Source of the DNA: Geothermobacteraceae bacterium
GTDB taxonomy: Bacteria; Desulfobacterota; Desulfuromonadia; Desulfuromonadales; Geothermobacteraceae
Assembly: GCA_035266745.1 (NCBI GenBank)
Contig: DATFMT010000215.1
Coordinates: 1-38,337, forward strand
Length of the DNA stretch: 38,337 nt
Direction: 5' to 3'
Shown here: positions 35,398 through 38,337 of the stretch, piece after piece
Layout of the letters: every line of letters begins with the position of its first letter
How positions within the stretch are numbered: position 1 is the first letter of the stretch
Notes under the pieces: generated by a model
Seen by the model: only the letters and a program-made list of their open reading frames with translations
What the model was told of the DNA's origin: nothing
The model's database searches: none
Made by a program: the position numbers and the translations under genes

Positions 35398-35568
35398 TTA
35401 GATCCGGTTCGAATCCGGATGCTGTTGGTAGTGCGCTTCGACCACCTTGTCGTGGCAGGGGGGGCAGATCGTCGCGGTATCGATTTCACAGACGTCGCGG
35501 CGGATTTGGTAGCCCTCTCCTTCAGCCGGCCCCTGGTACGACCCACACCATGCACAATACTTTAACAA
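35398..35568 (-). CDS. Small (56 aa) CxxC...CxxC zinc-ribbon-like protein, function unknown
   Basis: The ORF-track call 35398..35655 begins at a TTG that I read as the -35 box. I prefer the TTG at 35568, which lies 5 nt after GGAGGG. This gives MLKYCAWCGSYQGPAEGEGYQIRRDVCEIDTATICPPCHDKVVEAHYQQHPDSNRI. The gene has its own promoter and terminator. Confidence 0.5.
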   Translation of the reverse strand: MLKYCAWCGSYQGPAEGEGYQIRRDVCEIDTATICPPCHDKVVEAHYQQHPDSNRI

Positions 35569-35626
35569 TGGATCCCTCCGGATGTCAGCAATACGTCCCT
35601 GACCCACTATATTGTGTATATGGTGA

Positions 35627-35655
35627 AGTATTAGCACAAAATATTGTGCTGTCAA
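35627..35655 (-). promoter_or_regulatory. Putative sigma70 promoter with a perfect palindrome filling the spacer
   Basis: Minus strand reads TTGACA-gcacaatattttgtgc-TAATAC. The 16-nt spacer (35634-35649) is GCACAA-N4-TTGTGC, a candidate operator. Confidence 0.4.
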
Positions 35656-35666
35656 CGCATTAAATC

Positions 35667-37157
35667 TTATTTGGTCTGCAGGTACTCCAGCAGCAGTCTG
35701 ACCCCGAAGCCGGTCCCCCCCTTAGGACAGCAGGGCTGGCCTTTTTCCTCCCAGGCGGTGCCGGCGATGTCCAGGTGGGCCCAGGTGTAGTCGTCGGCAA
35801 ACTTCTGCAGGAACGCCGCGGCAGTAATCGTCCCGGCCGGCCGGCCGCCGATATTCTTCAGGTCGGCCACGTGACTCTTGAGCTGGTTGGCATAGTCCGA
35901 CCAGAGCGGCAGCTGCCAGAGGCGCTCACCGCTCTTGTTTCCGGCCTGGATCAGCTGGCGGATCAGGCCGTCGTGATTGCCAAGCACCGCCGCAGCATAG
36001 TGCCCCAGGGCGATGATGCAGGCACCGGTCAGGGTCGCAAGATCAATGACGACGCGGGGTTGATACTTGGCGGCGAAGGTCAGGGCGTCGGCCAGGATCA
36101 GCCGCCCTTCGGCGTCGGTGTTGAGGACCTCGATGGTTTTACCTGAGAGGGAGGTGAGAATATCGCCCGGTCGATAGGCACTGCCGGAGGGAAGGTTTTC
36201 CACCGCCGGGACGATGCCGACCAGATTGAGCGGCAACTTGAGCAGCGCGGCGGCCTTGAGCACCCCGAATACGACCGCGCCTCCGGCCATGTCCATTTTC
36301 ATCTCGTCCATTTTCTCGGCCGGTTTGAGCGAGATGCCCCCGGCGTCGAACACCACCCCCTTACCGACCAGCACGATCGGTTGGGCATCGTCATGGTCAC
36401 CGGAGTATTCCAGGGTGATCAGCTTCGGCTCTCGCTGGCTCCCTTGGGCGACGCCGAGCAGGGCGCCGCAGCCAAGCGCTTCAAGTTGCTCCCGTTCGAG
36501 GACCTCGCACTTGATGCCGACCTGTTGCGCCAGCTCCCGCGCCTGGTTGGCCAGGTAGGCGGGTGACTTGACGTTGCCCGGTTCGTTGACCAGGTTACGG
36601 GCCAGGGATACTCCGTCGACAACATGCCCGGCCCGCTCAGCGGCCTGGCCGGCCAGGGCCAATTCCTTGCTGCCGCGAACCAGCAACACCCCCTTGGGGT
36701 CGGCCGGGGGATCGTCGTCCGACTCGCTCTGGTAGCGGTCGAAACGGTAACTGCCGAGCAGCAGACCTTCGGCAACCGCCTGGGCGGTAGCAAGATCGAG
36801 CCCCTTGGCGCAGAAACTGGCGAGATCGAGGGCGAAGCTGGCAGTATGGGTCGCCCGGACCTGCTCCAGCGCGGATCCCGCGGCCTGGCGCAGCCGGGTC
36901 GGAGCCTTCTTCCTCGATTTGCCGATGCCCACCAGCAGCAGCCGTTGGGCCGGCAGGCGTTTGCCGGTATGCAGCAACAGGGCTTGGCCGCTGGCGCCCC
37001 GGAATTCACCTTCCCGGCTGGCCCGGGAGATCGGTCCATCCAGTGCGGCATCGAGTTCCTTGAGCAGCGGCGTACCGAGTTTTCCTTCGTTGACGGCTAC
37101 GACCAGGCAGCCGGTTTTTTGCTTGAGCGCGGGTGAATTTTTGACGGTAAGCAACAT
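35667..37157 (-). CDS. pepA: Leucyl aminopeptidase (M17 family)
   Basis: NTDAEGRL signature (VLNTDAEGRLILADAL), metal-ligand context (VGKGVVFDAGGISLKP) and typical length. ATG at 37157 is preceded by AAGGA. Confidence 0.93.
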   Translation of the reverse strand: MLLTVKNSPALKQKTGCLVVAVNEGKLGTPLLKELDAALDGPISRASREGEFRGASGQALLLHTGKRLPAQRLLLVGIGKSRKKAPTRLRQAAGSALEQVRATHTASFALDLASFCAKGLDLATAQAVAEGLLLGSYRFDRYQSESDDDPPADPKGVLLVRGSKELALAGQAAERAGHVVDGVSLARNLVNEPGNVKSPAYLANQARELAQQVGIKCEVLEREQLEALGCGALLGVAQGSQREPKLITLEYSGDHDDAQPIVLVGKGVVFDAGGISLKPAEKMDEMKMDMAGGAVVFGVLKAAALLKLPLNLVGIVPAVENLPSGSAYRPGDILTSLSGKTIEVLNTDAEGRLILADALTFAAKYQPRVVIDLATLTGACIIALGHYAAAVLGNHDGLIRQLIQAGNKSGERLWQLPLWSDYANQLKSHVADLKNIGGRPAGTITAAAFLQKFADDYTWAHLDIAGTAWEEKGQPCCPKGGTGFGVRLLLEYLQTK

Positions 37158-37180
37158 GAGACACAATCCTTGGTTGGGAA

Positions 37181-37911
37181 TTATCGTTCAATTTCGGCGT
37201 AGCGATCCTGATAATCGCGATACCAACAGTTTAGCCGTTTTTTGTCGACCTGGAGTTCCGTAGCCAACAATTCGCCGACTTTCTGCAACTGCGCGAGCCC
37301 CCGGCCCGGGGCCAGGGCCAGCGGCGTGCGCCGGCGCAGAATGTCCTCCGGGGTAGGGCAAATTCATAGCGGGCAGCAAAGCCGACTTCAGCCTCGAGCA
37401 GAACCGGGTTGTCTGACAGCAACGTATTTGATTGCGGCTGCTGCAGAAACTCGATAAATTGCCCAATTCGCACACCGTATCTGCCGAGTAGCTGCTGGGT
37501 CTGGCTGGCGGACCAGCCCCAGTCGGCCTGCAGTTCGGGGCTGTGTTGGGCGCTAAACCTCGCAAAGTTCCCGGTATCGCCGCCGGGCAGGGGCTGCCTG
37601 GCCGTTTGACTCGGCGGGCCCTGGTGCCCCAGTAGCCGGCAGGCCAGCTCAGAGACTTCCGCCGCCAGTGACCGGTAGGTGGTATATTTGCCGCCGCCGA
37701 TCGACAGCAGACCACTCGCCGACCGGTACACCTGGTGCTCGCGCGAGATCTTACTGGCCTGGGCGGATTGTTCGTAGATCAGCGGTCGCAGCCCGGAAAA
37801 GGCGGCGATGATGTCGGTCTTGACCGGGGAAAAATCGCACAGACGCCGGGCCGATTCGGCCAGCTTTTGCGGGTTGCGTTGCCATGTCTGCTGTGCCCCG
37901 GTCTGCTTCAT
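37181..37911 (-). pseudogene. FAD-dependent glycerol-3-phosphate dehydrogenase (GlpD/GlpA family) remnant: C-terminal part only, and frameshifted
   Basis: ORF 37231..37911 holds FSGLRPL...GGGKYTTYRSLAAEV, which sits about 300 residues into GlpD-type enzymes. No FAD-binding N-terminus is present. After ...AARYEFAL the frame degenerates (PRRTFCAGARRWPWP). Shifting one nucleotide at the C-run near 37350-37353 restores PEDILRRRTPLALAPGRGLAQLQKVGELLATELQVDKKRLNCWYRDYQDRYAEIER, with a stop at 37181. Confidence 0.7.
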
Positions 37912-38143
37912 GGCGCCATTCTAGCGGGGCGGTCAGCAGTTGGCAATTGTCCTTTTGCCATTTGCATCTGCGGCAATGAACCGAGAGTGATCAGAAGCTT
38001 CTGCTTGTGGAGCCGATTCCGCTTATCGGCGGCCGTAGAGAGTTTCGGCGCGGTCGCGCAACCGCACTCGCCCCGGTTGCCGGCAAAGTACAGGCAGGAA
38101 ATAAACCGGTGACGCCATTGCGACGCTGCCGGAAGGGAACCTC

Positions 38144-38169
38144 AAAGGCCGGGATTTCTCCCGGCCTTT
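38144..38169. terminator. Stem-loop terminator after the right-edge gene
   Basis: aaaggccggga-tttc-tcccggccttt has a perfect 11-bp stem and starts 5 nt after the stop at 38175. Short T-runs lie on both strands. Confidence 0.6.
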
Positions 38170-38174
38170 TCATC

Positions 38175-38337
38175 TTATCGCATATTGGCCATGGTTAGAC
38201 ATTTGCCAAGCATCCGGTTCAACAGGTTCTCCCGGGCCAGCGAGGGGAGTGGCGGAGGTTTGCGGAATCCGAGAACTTTCAGTTCGTCAATGATCTGGGG
38301 ATTCCGTTCCATCTTGAGCCCCTGGCGGAACGTGGCC
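38175..38337 (-). CDS. 3' end of an unidentified gene entering from the right edge
   Basis: My minus-strand translation is open from the edge: ATFRQGLKMERNPQIIDELKVLGFRKPPPLPSLARENLLNRMLGKCLTMANMR, then a stop, immediately followed by a terminator hairpin. No family recognised. Confidence 0.5.
   Translation of the reverse strand, partial: ATFRQGLKMERNPQIIDELKVLGFRKPPPLPSLARENLLNRMLGKCLTMANMR

Noticed and set aside
35402-35420. T-arm-like hairpin atccgg-ttcgaat-ccggat resembling a tRNA T-stem-loop.
   Set aside because: It lies inside the last codons of the small zinc-ribbon ORF. No other tRNA elements flank it and it has no similarity to the tRNA-Glu repeats. Probably coincidental.

Overview
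High-GC window (about 60% G+C by eye). Gene content looks like a Desulfuromonadales-type deltaproteobacterium (Geobacter/Desulfuromonas/Pelobacter-like); this is inference from gene content only. Most genes are on the minus strand.

- 1-9.9 kb: complex I operon from nuoA to the start of nuoL, with NuoB, NuoC and NuoD fused into one 794-aa protein.
- 10-13 kb: rnhA, a secreted metallo-beta-lactamase-fold protein, an atypical SDR and a small secreted protein. This block is followed by a second, truncated copy of the rnhA 5' end and its upstream region.
- 13.2-20.4 kb: a translationally coupled six-gene cluster related to group-4 [NiFe] hydrogenases (Ehr/Hyf-like, order B-C-E-F-G-I). Its large subunit has lost all four NiFe-ligating cysteines, and the cluster has no NuoI/HycF-type ferredoxin subunit. 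This is the most interesting system in the window.
- 20.8-23.3 kb: SulP/STAS anion transporter and a tandem USP protein.
- 23.4-30.4 kb: accessory-looking segment bracketed by two intact tRNA-Glu(UUC) genes as about 115-nt direct repeats, and littered with tRNA-Glu-derived pseudo-tRNA and terminator modules. It carries an AraC-MGMT fusion, a GDSL lipoprotein, a tetraheme cytochrome c fused to four PKD domains, an AT-rich ORF-poor stretch and a low-GC lipoprotein. No integrase gene is visible.
- 30.3-37.2 kb: housekeeping genes (tRNA-Lys, purA, hisZ, serA, a cold-shock protein, a small zinc-ribbon ORF, pepA).
- 37.2-38.3 kb: a 5'-truncated and frameshifted glpD-like pseudogene, then the 3' end of an unidentified gene.
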